Assembly: GCA_010093815.1 (NCBI GenBank)
Contig: ML996590.1
Origin: Pseudovirgaria hyperparasitica
Taxonomy: Eukaryota
DNA length: 64,000 nucleotides
Strand: one strand, 5' to 3'
A program made the translations under genes and the position numbers. The notes under the pieces were generated by a model, which searched no databases, was not told the origin of the DNA, and worked only from the letters and a program-made list of their open reading frames with translations. Position 1 is the stretch's first letter; each line of letters opens with the position of its first letter. This document shows positions 1-13,389 of this stretch, one piece after another.

Positions 1-376
1 GCGAGCTAAGCCGGATTAGGGTAGATAAGGCCCCGGTATATAGTGAAAATTCTATGATTCGAGCTAAGCTAGTTATGGGTCTAGCCGCTCTAGGCGTCGC
101 TCTTACCACTTAAGGTGGCTTGGTAGGTGGCTATATTAGGTAATTCTTATCATGTAATGACGGTATAGTCATTTTCATATTACCTAATGGTCGCTTAGGA
201 CTAAGTAGTTATGTGACGGTAACCTTCACGTTACGTGCTCGCTTAGCCCTATACACTTTTAATAGAGCGTGCAAAAACTAGTGTGTGAAAAGGTGGCCGT
301 TATAGGATTCGAACCCACGACGTTAGATGACAAACGCTTCTAGTAACGTAGCATACTACTACTACGCTACCTGGCC
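1..376 (-). mobile_element. tRNA-headed SINE, copy 1 (5' part; runs off the window start), inserted in Gypsy family A
   Basis: Reverse complement of 12307-12682 with transition-type differences. The tRNA-like head ends at 376 and is followed directly by family A sequence matching ~13680 onward. Confidence 0.85.
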
Positions 377-3048
377 TAACTACTTTATATAGTATCTATT
401 TAGAATGATCCGGTAATAATAAGATATAAAATAGCTTAAGAAGCGTAATATAGAATATATTATATATCTTTAACGTAGAAGGGAGTTATAACTCGTACGC
501 CTAGTTATTAATTACACGAGTAATCTTATATAGATCTATTATTATATAGTTAAGCTTCTTCTTTGGCCTAATACTACGAATATTCTTACTATTTAGTAAA
601 ACTTTATCTCTAATATTAAAGATTATAGGTTTTCTACCCTTATTATAGTGCGATTTACTATAATTCGTAGTATCTTATAGTAACTTTATAACGCTTCTTT
701 AGGTTTAGAATAGTTCTATAGTAATTTCTATTACTTTAACGTTAGGTCGTTCTACTTTAAACTAAGTCCCTAAGAACTATATATTATAGTTCTAACCGAA
801 GTTTACTTCGAACGGACTTACGTAGGTTAATGTATATCGGCTATTATTATACGCGAATTCCGCGATATAGACTAACCTTATCTAGTTATTCTACTTATAG
901 TTATAATATACACGTAAATATACCTCGACTATCTAATTCTACCGCTCTATCTATCTATCTATTTATAGGTAGAACGTAGTACTAAGTTTCCGCTTAATTC
1001 CTAGCGTATAGTAGAAATCCTTCTAAAATTTAGACGTTATCTACGGACCTCTATCTAAAACTATACTATTTAGTATACTATAGAGCCGGACTACGTCACG
1101 GAGTAGTATATCTATAAGATCCGGTGCTTAGATTATCTTTCTTATAGGGATATAGTATAATATCTTCGTAAATCTATCTAGAACTATAAGTAAACTATTA
1201 TAAATATACCTAGAATACTTACTTAGGGGTAGATCTATAATGAAATCCATTAATAATTTCTTCTATGCCTCCTTTAGCATAGGTAATAGCCTTAATTTAC
1301 TATATAGTAAGTGTCTATATACTTTCGTATACTGGTAAACGTTATACGTTTTTATGTAGTCTTTTATATATTTATAAAGACCTAGCTAGTTATACGTCCT
1401 TCGGATTAAATCGACCGTTCTTATAATACTAAAGTACCCTACTAACGTGTAATCGTGCTATTCCCTTAATACATTAATTTATAAGCCGCCTTCCGGCACG
1501 TAGAGTCGGCCTTAGAAGTAGATCGCGTCTAATTATCGTTTCTACCTTAATAACCACGGTAGATCTATAGCGCTTCCTTTTATACTTATAACTTTCTTTA
1601 CTAATATATTAGAATTCTAGGTAGATTTAATTAAGTCTTCGAGGGTTTTCTTAGTTTCTTAGACATTTATTTAGATTACTTAATACCCGCTCTAATTCCC
1701 GCGGAGAATCGCTGAAAGTATCCTAGCTTCTAGTATTCTATTAGATAACTAGTCTTATAGTATCTAAAGTATAGTATAGTCTAACTTACACCGACTATCT
1801 ACGTTATTCTATAACGATTTCTTATAATCTTTATACCGCGATAGAGGATTAGCTTTATTCTCTCTTCTAGCTTTATATAAGATTTTAAAGTTAAATATTA
1901 ATATCTACTTAGCCTAACGTACTTATCGGCGATTAAGGACCTTAGTTAATATAAAGTAATATAGATTTACGTAATCCGATAATAATTTAATCTAATATAT
2001 AGAGCCTTCTAAATAATATCGCTATTACTTAAAACTCTTAATAATTACGAGTAGTTTCTAGTCGTGCGTGTTATAACGCGTCTCTATATCCGCCATTTTA
2101 TAGGAAAAGAAAGCGACCGGGTGCTATTACACCTTATCTTTCGTATCTTTATACGGTTAACTAATAATTCTAGTAATTATAAATTCTAACGCGTTAGTTT
2201 CGACCCGAATATACTTCTTAGAATTAAAATACCTAAGAATCGGCGTAGTTATAAAGTAATTCTTTAATAATCGGAACGTATCTTACGCTTCCGGCGTTAA
2301 CTATATCTTAACCGACTTAGCTTTATACTATGCTCGCCTACCTATAGAGATTTTACCGCCATTCTCTATAAGTTTATTAAGCGACGCCGTAATTCATAAG
2401 AAGCCTATAATAAATTTATAATAATAGTTTATAAAACCTATAAATATTCTAATTTAACGTATAGTAGTAGGTTCTAGCCATTCTATAATAGTCTTTACAC
2501 GCTCCGGCTCTATTTTTAGGCCGCTATATATTATAATAAAGCTAAGAAACCCAACTTCTTATTAGTAAAACTCGTATTTAGATAATTTTACGTAGATTTT
2601 ATACTACCTTAGACGATTTAGTACTAATTTCACGTATTCTTTATAATCCTATATACTATCGGAGTAAATTAGTATATTATTAAGATAAACTACGTAAATC
2701 ACGTTAAGTAATCCTATAAGTATAGTATTAATATATCCTTAAAACGCTCCTAGCGCATTTATTAGCCCGAATAGTATAATAGTATACTTAAAATAACTAT
2801 ATCTAGTCCGAAATGCGGTTTTCTACTTATCTCTGCGACGAATTCAAAGCCGGTAATATATATCTTATAAATCTAGCTTCGTAAAGTACTTTACCTTTAT
2901 TAATTAGTCTAAAGATTTACTAACTAGCGGTAATAGATAACGATTCTTCTTAGTTACCGTATTTAGTATCTAATAGTCGATGTATAGATGTAAACTTCCG
3001 TCTTTCTTCTTTATAAAGAGAATAGATATACTAGCCGATAATATACTA
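377..3048 (-). mobile_element. Ty3/Gypsy family A, copy 1: RIP-degraded RT-RNaseH-integrase fragment
   Basis: Colinear with 13680-16290. Minus strand gives RT motifs (LCIDY, KNRYPLP, TAFRTRY, YLDDILIYS) and RNaseH/integrase motifs, interrupted by TAA/TAG. Confidence 0.9.
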
Positions 3049-3286
3049 TAATAATAATAATAATATTAGTAAACTAGGTAGAGTACCACTCTATAGGCGC
3101 ATGCCTCCTCTAGTCTAAGCTACTATATAAGAAGAAACCTATAAATAGGAAAAACTCCCTTATATCTATAACTACGCTCTGTCTATCCTCTTATTCTTTA
3201 TATATATATAGCCCTAGGGGCTACCTATAGGCCTATAGCCTATATTATAATAGTTTACCCTTAGGCAGCACGTGTAGGTGCGGAGA

Positions 3287-3317
3287 TTATTAGTTAAGGG
3301 CTACCCTTAACTAATAA
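3287..3317. repeat. 31-bp palindrome TTATTAGTTAAGGG-NNN-CCCTTAACTAATAA (LINE copy 1, after ORF2)
   Basis: Perfect 14-bp arms read directly; recurs 7 times in the window. Confidence 0.95.
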
Positions 3318-6300
3318 TCGCGGTTCTCCCGGGGTTCTTCCGACGTATACCGGGGTTCTTCTAGTATATATTAGGCTTCTTCCGGCATATATACGCGGGT
3401 CTACTAGAACTAGGGGAGAGGAAGGTATATAAGTATCTATCGGGCGACGTCCTTAGAGTACTTATTAAGCCATCGCGTAATATTAGAGGTCCTTATTATA
3501 CGGACGAGGGCTTATCTTAGGGTATAGAGGCTAGAGCACGTCGCGAGGTAGTAGCGTATTATACCTCTCCGGCCATAGTCCTCGTACTAGAGAGATATAT
3601 CTAGAACGCCTCTCTAGTAGAGGTAATATAGAAGATCTATAGCGTCTATTCGGGCTTAGAGGAGTATAGATACTTAGGCCTTCGTTAGCCCTTTATATAT
3701 CTATTTACTTAGTTCCTTCTAAGACCCTTAGATCTATTCTAGATACCTATCCTATTAGGAGGCCTACTAGGCTTTAAGTACCTCCCTCTATTTATTCTAG
3801 ATCCACGACCGTATAACGTGGCTAAGCTTCTTAGGGCTCTATTAGCTTAGGATGGTATCTAGGTTATTTTGAACCTCCTACGCGGTCTAGCTTAAGTCCG
3901 CCTCTATATAGTATTTATATTATACTCGAGTTTATTCTATAGTAGGGAGGGCCTAGTAATACACGGGGATACGTGTACGTAGTATAGCGAAGGTATATAC
4001 CCTATCTCCTCTACGTTCTTATACTTATTATTTAGTAAAGTATATAAGTCTCTATATCTAGTAGAAGTTCTATATACTTATTACGTTTGTCTCGCGTCGG
4101 AGGAGTATTATATTAGTAGCTTTATATACGCCGGAGATAAGATGGAGTATATGGTTTTATATAGACTTAAGCTTTACCCGCCGAGCTTATATAAGGGCCG
4201 TATACTAGTACTCGTATCTATATATAAAGGCTAGGCGTGCTAGGGAGACGTATAGCTATCTCGCCTTATCCTAGGCTATTCCCTACGTAGATGCCGTAAT
4301 CTAGTATATAGTGGTTTCTACCTAGAGGGCTCTAGAGATAGCGTGTGCCACCTATAGTCTCTATTTTAGCTTATTATCGATTATAACGCCGAGTGCGCGT
4401 ATACTCTATACTAGTAGTTCTATAAAGGCGTCGATTTAGAGGTGACGTGCCCCCTTCCTAGTAGCCTATCCTCTATAGCGGTTAATAAAGTATATAAGCT
4501 AGTATTTTTTAGGTGCGATTTTTACTCTATGGCGCTTTACCCACTAGATACATTTCTCGTGGTCTCGTTTAAGTCGTGTATATATTCTACTAGTACTACT
4601 ATCGACCGCGAGGAGGTATATATTATCCGTGTATCCGACTACCTCTATATATTCTATTCCCTAAAGGAGATCTACTATAAAGAAGAGGAAGAGGATCGGG
4701 GAGATAGTGCTCCCTTATAGGATGCCGTATACTATCTCCTTATATTCGCTTTGGTATCTAGGGATATATATTTAAGTAGTCCTTTACGCGAGGAAGGACT
4801 ATATAAATCATATAATCTACTTAGGTATTCGCCTTATCCGGAGGTTATAGATAAGTCTTATATAGTTTACCTTATTAAACGCCCCTACTATATCTAGGGA
4901 GAGTAGCGTAACGACTCGTCCTTATTTCTATATAGTCTAGATAACCTCGAGGATGTATTAAATAGCTATAATTAGGGAGCTTCCTACCTTCGCCTTCTGG
5001 TTTACTAGGAGAAGGCCGTATACCTATACTACTATACTTATCTTCTTAGTAATCGTGGCTTCTAGTACCTTACTAAGGTAGGAGAGAAGGGTAATCGGCC
5101 TCCATCCCTTCGGCGTGTTTAGGCTCTTCCCTAGTTTTAGGAGTATAACTATATATATAGTTTAGAAGCTCTATAGGTGGTATCCTATACGGGCGCACGC
5201 TCGGAATCTATAGCCTATAATTAGTAAGGTCGCCTATATAGTTCTCTTAAGGTATCGATTCGGAATTCTACCTAGCCCGGGCGCTTTATCGTTCGGGAGT
5301 GTCTTAATAGCGCCGAGTATATCGTCGTCCATGATTTCTCTAGGGATACTTATAGCTTCCGGGTATTCCGTGCCATTAATATCTAATAGGTCTACGGGTT
5401 CTAGGAGAGAGAATATAATCTCTTATAGGATCTCTATTTTCTTAAGGCTCGTGGAGTACATCTTTTCTTAACATATAAGAGGGGGTATAAGTGGTATAGG
5501 TGTCGGGGAGACGGTGCTTTTAGCCTATTTTACTATATACTATAGTCTAGTAGTATTACGTGTGTATCTATCCGTAACTATATACTACTATTTACGTTAC
5601 TTATTACGGAGGACCTTATCTCGTTATCTTCTCGCCTCTCTCTATTTATCCTACGCTTTAGATATATAGTTATAGTATACGCGTGTATATAATCTCCGGA
5701 CTTCTCGCCTATGCTCTCGTACTTAAGGTATACTTTTTAGGTCTAGGGGTCTATATATTCGGTACGGCACGTGTTTATCTCTTACTCCCTAGTACGCCTA
5801 TAGGAGTATATTTACGGCCTGGTTAATAGCCGGGCCATTAGATACGTCGACTATAGACGGGTCTAGAATCGTCGATTCTAGGTTCTTTAGGTACTTTTCC
5901 TAGTTAGTATCCTTCTATAGCTATCGCCCTCGTTAGTCTTAAGGGGTAGATACGTCTATTACGGTCTCTATATATTTATAGTCGGAGTCTATCTATATAA
6001 GGCTTAGGTAGTAGTATTAAGTTCTATTATAAATATATCTAGTGGCTAGGGTAAGGTTAAGTATAGATCCGCCCTTATCTTATTTATGTTTTCGCTAGGT
6101 AATCTATTCTACTAGTATAAGAAGATATAGGAAGCCGTAGTATTAGATGCGTAGTTCTCTAGCTCGAAGCTCTTCGCGGGTAACGGTTAGTCTACCCTAC
6201 TAGCTATAATAGAGGTTAAAGTCTCCTAGAAGGATATGTTATCCTAGCTCGGTAGTGCCCTTAAGTATATTATCCGCCTAAAGTAATCGGTTCTAATTAT

Positions 6301-8075
6301 ATATATTATATATATAGAGGGGTCCGATATTCGTCTAGAGGTGTAGTGTTATCCGGAGGTTATCCCGTTTAGTATACGACCATAATAAGAGTAGAATAGA
6401 CTTATAGATATAGAAGAGGACTCTCCTCTCCGGTCCTAGGGGGTGTATTATATAATATTCTAGGTGTGTTATTGGTTTATTCGTCTAGTAGTATTTATAT
6501 AGCTCCTATATAGCGAGTATTATAGCTCCGGTCTCCTCGAGGAGTATTACCTAGCTCTTATATTTATACTATACGTTTACTTATATAATTAGGAGTATAT
6601 CTTAGTCTCTTATTAGGTGCTAGAGAATATATAGGCCTATATATTTATTCCTCTAAGACGCGACTATCCTCGTATGGCGACGGCCTTAGTAATTCCTTAG
6701 GGCCGTCCTATTATTAGCTTTCTCGGGATAGTTTACTATTTCTAACTACTTCCTTATAAGGAGGTAGTCTATAGTAGTAGTATTATAGTAAAGAGAGAAA
6801 CGGTAGTAGGTCGTATCGTTTATAGCTACCTTACTCCCTTTATCCGGATTAAGTAGATATATTTAGTAATCTATTTACGTTTCACGCACGTAGCCGACTA
6901 TAACGGGTACTTACTATCGTAGTTAGAGTACTTCGCCGTGTCTCTATCCCTCTAGCCCTCTCCTTATATCCCGTAGGGGCACTTCTAGATACTATATTCT
7001 TATTAATACTATCTATACCTAGTCTTTTAGGAGTACCGCTATACTATATACCTATATCCCTAATAGTTAAAGTACTATATTATCGCCTATGCTCTATCCT
7101 ATAGTTCCGCTATAAGAAGCTCCCCTTCCGCTAGGAATCCCTCTTATATAATTTAATACGCGAGGGCGGGGTCCTTAAGCTCTACTATTATAGTAGAGTA
7201 TACCTTCGATCTAGTTTTAATCCCTTATATATTCTTCTACCATGCTCTTACGATCTTAATCCCTAGGTATTTTCGCTCGTTTAACTATTCTATCTATATA
7301 ATATCCTCTTCTCTAATAACCTATCCGCTTACGGGTATAGAGTATACCTATATCGGGTATATAGCCGCCCTAATAGAGGCGCCTAGAAAGATACTACTAA
7401 TCGCGTTCGGATTACGCGAGATAGTCTACTACGTGATATTCGTTATTATAGTAAGTACTACTCCTCCTAGCGTGAGTTTAGCGACGATAATATTTAACTA
7501 TATTCCCTTTTATTTATTAATCTTACTTACTATATCCTTTAGGGATGCTTACTAGATCTATACTAGGGTGTCCTTATCCTAGATTATAACGCGTATACTA
7601 TACGCCGAGTCGCCGGTCTAGGGGGCCCGTAGTATAGCCTCCGGTATTACTACTATTTATACCTATATACTAGGGTACTTACCTTAAGTAAGTTCCTCCT
7701 AGATTCTACGTAGGCTAGCCTCTATTTAGTTAAGTCTACCCTCCGGTTCTCCTAGTTATATCTTCTTCTTCTCCTCTATAATTCCCTTTAGATTCCGGAT
7801 AAGGTCCTAGAATATATATAGAAGGGTCTTCTAGCCCTCTCCGGCTTCCTTCTCTATACGTACTACCTAGTAGTTAATATAATCTAGGAGGGTTTCCCCT
7901 CTCGGGGTCCCCTTTATTCTATCTATCTATGGCGGCGTGCGTCTTTAGATATATTCTACGTTTTAGATAGGTATATAGTTACTCTCGGTAATATTACTAT
8001 ATGGCCTTTTCTATTATACCGGTAGGGGTATATCCGGTATATGCTAGGGTATGTCGGTGCCTAAGGCCGCTATAT

Positions 8076-8106
8076 TTATTAGTTAAGGGCTACCCTTAAC
8101 TAATAA
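8076..8106. repeat. 31-bp palindrome (LINE copy 1, immediately before the ORF1 start)
   Basis: Same sequence as 3287-3317. Confidence 0.95.
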
Positions 8107-8354
8107 AAGGGGGTCGGCGTGTTAGTATTCTAGTAGCGTAGTCCGTGCCTCTATCTCCGTGAGGATTTTAAGAGGGTATATATATATCTTTACACGGCGA
8201 TAACGTCTTGGTTTCGACGCTGCACGTACGTGTATATAGTAGTAGTTAGTGTACTCGGTATACTCTATCGATTAAGGTGTGTATCTCGCTATATTACCCC
8301 GAATGGACTAAGTTAGCCTCTTAGGGATGTAAAAGAAGTTTTTATTTCTACTTC

Positions 8355-10382
8355 GTACTAGTATCTATAGATAAATTAAGATATATTCTAAAATAAAAGG
8401 AATTCTATATAAAGATTCTATTTATAGTCTCTAATAAATACCTTTAGAGAAGTAAAATCTCTATAGATACTAAATAGAATTTTATAGTTATAATACTAAA
8501 GGGTATAAGAATTATAGTAGAAGAAGTATTAGAAAGTATTATAATTATATAGCTTCTAAAGCTAGAAAATAGATTTTTTATAAGAGAAATTACCTAGATA
8601 GTCTACGCCTAGATACCCGCACGATATTTTATAATAGATACTACTAAAGAAATTTAGAACTACTATAGCTATAATTAGAATATACTAATAACTTAGCTCT
8701 AAGAGTTAAATAAAGAAAATATTTAATAATATAGTATATAGCGTAGAGTAGATAGATTAATCTAGATAACTATTACTATATAGCTACTAACGAACGTTCT
8801 ATAGTTATAGATAATTAGTTAGCTAGATCTAGTTATATAGTAGCTATAGTAGAATTTAGAAGCAAGTCTAAACGCTTATAAGTATTAATAATATATCTTA
8901 TATAAATATATAAGAGTCTAGTATATTATATAACGTCTAAAAAGTCTTAACAAAAACTAGACTACTATAATTTAGTCCTTAGGATACTAGCTCTAGTTAA
9001 TCTATTAACTAAGTACTCTAGAGAATAAAATTTAAATTATTAAGAACGTCTATAAAAGGCGGTTATAGATACTACTTAATAAAAATACTCTATATAACTT
9101 AGTTTAAAAATAGAGTCTAATTAAAAATATAATAATTACTAAATATAAAGTAGTATATAAAAAGCTACTTAAAGAACTCTATATACTTTATACTAAAGAC
9201 TTAGTCTATATATGGCTTATTTCTATAGCTTTACTTAAGGACCTTATATAGAAACTTATACTAGTCTATAAAAAAATACTATAGTTTACTAATCTATTAA
9301 TCTATAGAGAAAATCACGGTTTTAATCTAGAGATAATAATAGTAATTATTTAGAACGGCTCTAGAGATAATAGAATGGCTTTAGATATAGAGATTAATAT
9401 ACTTCTACTACGGTATCTAATAAATAGTAGTATACTATACTTATCTAAGATATATACTCTAGAAGTCGCTATTAAACTACTACCACAAATTAATAACGTT
9501 AAAAATATTAGAGTAGTTAAGAGTCTTATAGATATTACTAAAGTATAGCTAATTATCTTAGTAAGAGAGATTACTAAAGAACTAAAGACTAGGGTATCTA
9601 TCTTATATAACTAAGAAGGCTTAATAAAAGCTATTAAAGTCCCGTTATCTATTATAAAATTAGTACTAGCTACTACTACGAAAAAAGTAGCGCTAGTTAC
9701 CCTAGTAAAAAAGGTAAAGCTAGCTACTATTATAAGAAAAGTAGTAGTAAAGCTAATTACTACCGCGTCTAATATAGCTTCTATATTATCTAAACTTTTA
9801 TTAATCTCTATAATCTTAACTACCTTAATCTCTACTATAATTAGTTAATATAAAGCGGAGATAAAGATACTTATCTTAGCTTATAAAAAAGAGATAGAAG
9901 TATAGATTAAAGAAATTATAATAGAAGCTCTAAAAAGGTTCTTAGTAGAGGTATAAAAGATCGCTATATAAAAGATAGCTATAACTATAGTAGTAGCTAT
10001 AATAGTAGTAGTAGCTACGTCTATAGTAACTACTATATCTATAATAACTACTACGCCCGCGATAAATACTTCGTCTAAGAGAGAATTAACTAGATAAACT
10101 CTAAGAATTACTAACTAGATATAAAGATTTATAGAGATAATTATAAATCTATAATATTCTAATAGTATAATAAAAACTATAGAGTATACTATAGAAGTAG
10201 ATATATAGAATATTAATAAAGTAATTAGAAGATACTAGTAATATATCTAAACTAGCTTTAAAAATTTACTCGCTAAGAAAGAGAAAGAGCTAGATAAAAC
10301 TTCTATACTTTTTAATAAGATAGTAGCCGCTAGTACTTATACTTAGAGTTACTATTCTAAACTAGATAATATTTAGACAGAG
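8355..10382 (+). pseudogene. Long RIP-degraded ORF of unknown identity, continuing at 18671-18965 and 32287-~32800
   Basis: One + frame traced from ~8830 with only TAA/TAG interruptions and Ala/Thr/Pro/Lys-rich stretches. The frame rejoins across the TSDs of elements A2 and B1. Confidence 0.5.
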
Positions 10383-10610
10383 TGTAAGAATAGGGTTATT
10401 AGATAGTAGTGTAGTTAGATAGAATAATAGGGTGTATTCTATTATAGAACGAATTACTACCGAACCCTTTCGGTAGGAATCCGAGAGTATATATATAAAG
10501 GGACGCCGATCTATCTAGTACGTGACTATTTACCGCCCTTTACGTTACCTTCTAACTCTATTAGCTAAGGTATATATAGATTAGGTCCTACCTAAGGCTA
10601 AGTCCTAATA
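10383..10610 (-). repeat. 3' LTR of family A copy 2
   Basis: TGTAAG...CTAATA (RIP of TG...CA); direct repeat of 18438-18665. Confidence 0.93.
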
Positions 10611-11042
10611 ATTATCCCTTCCCTCTAGGAAGCTACCCTTAGCGACCTAGATCGTTATCTATCTCTATATCCCTATCCTAAGTCTCGTAAGACCTTAGTC
10701 GTTCTCCATGCTTCGTCTTAGATACTTACTAATATTTACCGATCTAAGATTTACATAAGCGTTTTCCTAATAAACTAAATTTTATCTATCTTAACTTCTT
10801 ATATAGGTGAGATTACCTAATTAGGCCTAGCGTATCACGTGATGTGATTAGGTAAGCCTAGGTACTACCTATATTAAAATCTTTTCTTAGAAATATTCCT
10901 TTCTTTAAAAAACTTCTTAACTCTTTATAGAGTTTTTTAGATTATTAGATATATCACCCGATCCTTATAGATATAGATTTATATAGATTTACTATAATTT
11001 AGTATGATTTATATAATTTACTAATTTTTCTACCGTCCTTAG

Positions 11043-12076
11043 CTAGTAATAACATAATTCGTAATAATCTATATAAATTAATAATAATCTTAATATAGTT
11101 TCCTAAAATCTTAATACTCTAAAGTAATTAGCGCGGAAATAGGCGCCTTTAAATAATCCCTATCTTATATATGTTACCGACATATCGAAAGCTATTAATC
11201 TACCCCGACCTAGGCCGGGCTCTAATAATCTAGCTATATATTATTATGGTTATTGCTTTCCGTCGTATATTACTCACGGTAGTACTAAATCTATAATATA
11301 CGGTACTTATATAACTAAGAAGCGTTATTACTTATAGATATTTAAGTAAGTTCGAAGAACTTTACGTAGATTTACTTATATTAGTATAGATTACTACTAG
11401 GCCTCTAGTAACCTCTACTAATAAGGAGCGTGGTACTACCGATCGTAACGCCTTAGAGAAGGCTTTCTACGAGCTATATACCTAAGGTAAGGGTTACGCC
11501 TAGGAGTACGATTCTAATAAGATCCGTAAGGATTTATCGGAATCTACTATAGCTATTATTACCGCGATTACTAGGTAACATTATTTTTCTTAAATTATTA
11601 TAGATTCTTACTAATATATATTAATCTCTATAATAGTACTAAAATCTCTACTACTTCGGACTTCTTTCTATATACCGGCGATATTAGAATTCCTAGAAAA
11701 GGTTCTAGTGAAAAGGCTAAGGTTCCTTCCTCGCGCGTACTAAAGAGCTATAAATTTAGGGAAGATAGCTCTAATCTAGAAGTTTCTATACTAAAGGTAT
11801 ATGGTTCTATACCGATCGTTAAATCTTTTCGCTGATTTATATAATTACTAGCGTGCCCGCGCCGTTCCGTCCCTCTCTATCCCGGGTTCTACCGCTCTAT
11901 AGGTTTCTATAGAGGAGTTTATAGCTATAAGGCACGCTATATAGAATTTATAGCGTCGGAACGAAAGGCTAGAGACTTATATTATGAAGCTCTATACTAT
12001 ACTAAACAAGAACTAGCGGAAGGAATTAGATGTAACCATCGCGGTAATTAGTACTTCTACTCCTACTCTAACTTAA
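11043..12076 (+). pseudogene. Antisense spliced accessory gene in Gypsy A (Zn-cluster-like Cys motif plus coiled coil), RIP-degraded; 5' end uncertain
   Basis: Introns 11346-11400 (GTAAGT..TAG), 11575-11636 (GTAACA..CTAAT..TAG) and 11797-11851 (GTATAT..GCTGAT..TAG) give phase-compatible exons. Tyr/Cys codons are spaced Cx2C...C...Cx2Cx6C. Confidence 0.65.
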
Positions 12077-12306
12077 TCGGTTTAGATCTACACCGATTAG
12101 TACTAATATATCTCTTTTATCTAGCGTTTTTAGTTTTTTAGTTTTAATTTTAAAGTGATCTTACTTCTTCTAGATAGATTAGTACGAGTTTATATAGATC
12201 TATATAGATCTTTATATTTTCTTTTAGCTTTCTTAATTTTATCTTTCTTTAATAATAACTTCTTTAATCTCTTTAGTAATCTATACCGATCTATACTAAT
12301 TAGCAC

Positions 12307-12389
12307 GGCCAGGTGGCGTAGTGGTAGTATACTACGTTACTAGAAGCGTTTGTTATCCAACGTCGTGGGTTCGAATTCTATAACGGCTA
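12307..12389 (+). promoter_or_regulatory. tRNA-derived head of SINE (Pol III internal promoter, A and B boxes)
   Basis: GGCC...GGC(C/T)A ends; T-arm GTGGG-TTCGAAT-CC(C/T)AT. Isotype not assignable. Confidence 0.75.
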
Positions 12390-13250
12390 CCTTTTTACAT
12401 ACTAGTTTTTACACGCTCTATTAAAAAGTATATGGGGCTAAGCGAGTACGTGACGTAAAGGTTACCGTTATATAACTACTTAGTCCTAAGCGACTATTAG
12501 GTAATATGAAAATAACTATACCGTTATTACATAATAAGAATTACCTAATATAGCTATCTACTAAGCTACCTTAAGTAGTAGAGCGACGCCTAGAGCGGCT
12601 AGACCCATAACTAGCTTAGCTCGAATCATAGAATTTTCACTATATACCGGGGCCTTGTCTACCCTAATCCGGCTTAGCTCGCGCTTACTCCGGCTCGGTA
12701 ACCACGAAATAGACGGTAATACCTAATTAAGTATCCCGCCTACCTATAGACGATTATATAGCCCCGAAGAATAATTTCCGAATTCGGCCTAGCTAGGGTT
12801 AGTACTAAGGCATGGACCTATTAGATATACACCCCCTCCGGTATTAGTCATCTTAATTAATAACTACTACCTAGCGTAAAGCTATATTCCTATAGATAGG
12901 AAAAAACACGGTAACATAGGAATAAAAGACTAGGCCTAGCCTAGCGACCTACCCAATCACAAGAAAGGTAATACCTACTATAGTTGGTTAGGGCGTTATT
13001 AAGAGCCGGTACTAATATAGTAATAAAAGCCTAATATAAGGATAAGAAGTAAGTTTATTACCCAATGGGATTCGAGGACTTAGACTAGGCTAGGTTAGGT
13101 TAGTAATAGGGTCTAGTTAGGGAGCTAATCATAGGAGGTTTTCTTATATACATAGCAGCCAATACTAGAGGAGGCCTGAGCCTATGGAGCATATATATAG
13201 CTATATATATAGTTCTTCCTAGTTAAACACTAATATTATTATTATTATTA
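12307..13250 (+). mobile_element. tRNA-headed SINE, full-length copy (~945 bp) with LINE-like 3' end
   Basis: A box TGGCGTAGTGG, B box GGTTCGAAT(T/C)C, (ATT)n tail, TSD TACTAATTAGCAC (12294-12306/13251-13263). The last ~120 bp resemble the LINE 3' UTR. Confidence 0.88.
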
Positions 13251-13389
13251 TACTAATTAGCACCGATTTTCGATGTCCATTTCTCTTAGTAAATCATTTT
13301 TCTAAGTCTCTTTTTTAGTTAAATTTTTTAAAGTTCTAAGTTTGAACTTTCTAAGGAAGTTCCTTAATTCCTTAGAATGTTTTAAAGAT

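Larger units (their letters stand above)
3049..8352 (-). mobile_element. Tad1-like LINE, near full length, copy 1 (ORF1 with CCHC knuckles; ORF2 APE endonuclease-RT), RIP-inactivated
   Basis: Inverted homologue of 23459-28750. (TAA)n tail on + strand at ~3049-3065; degraded APE, RT (PQGSTISPILF, YADD) and knuckle motifs. Confidence 0.88.

Noticed and set aside
294..376. Possible functional tRNA gene (also 12307-12389)
   Set aside because: Imperfect acceptor and anticodon stems, and embedded in a TSD-flanked repeat; it is a SINE head.
4442..4720. 92-aa + strand ORF from the track
   Set aside because: Antisense shadow of the LINE RT region; no independent gene signals.
12155..12343. 62-aa hydrophobic ORF
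   Set aside because: AT-rich intergenic sequence running across the SINE insertion junction; RIP-biased composition.
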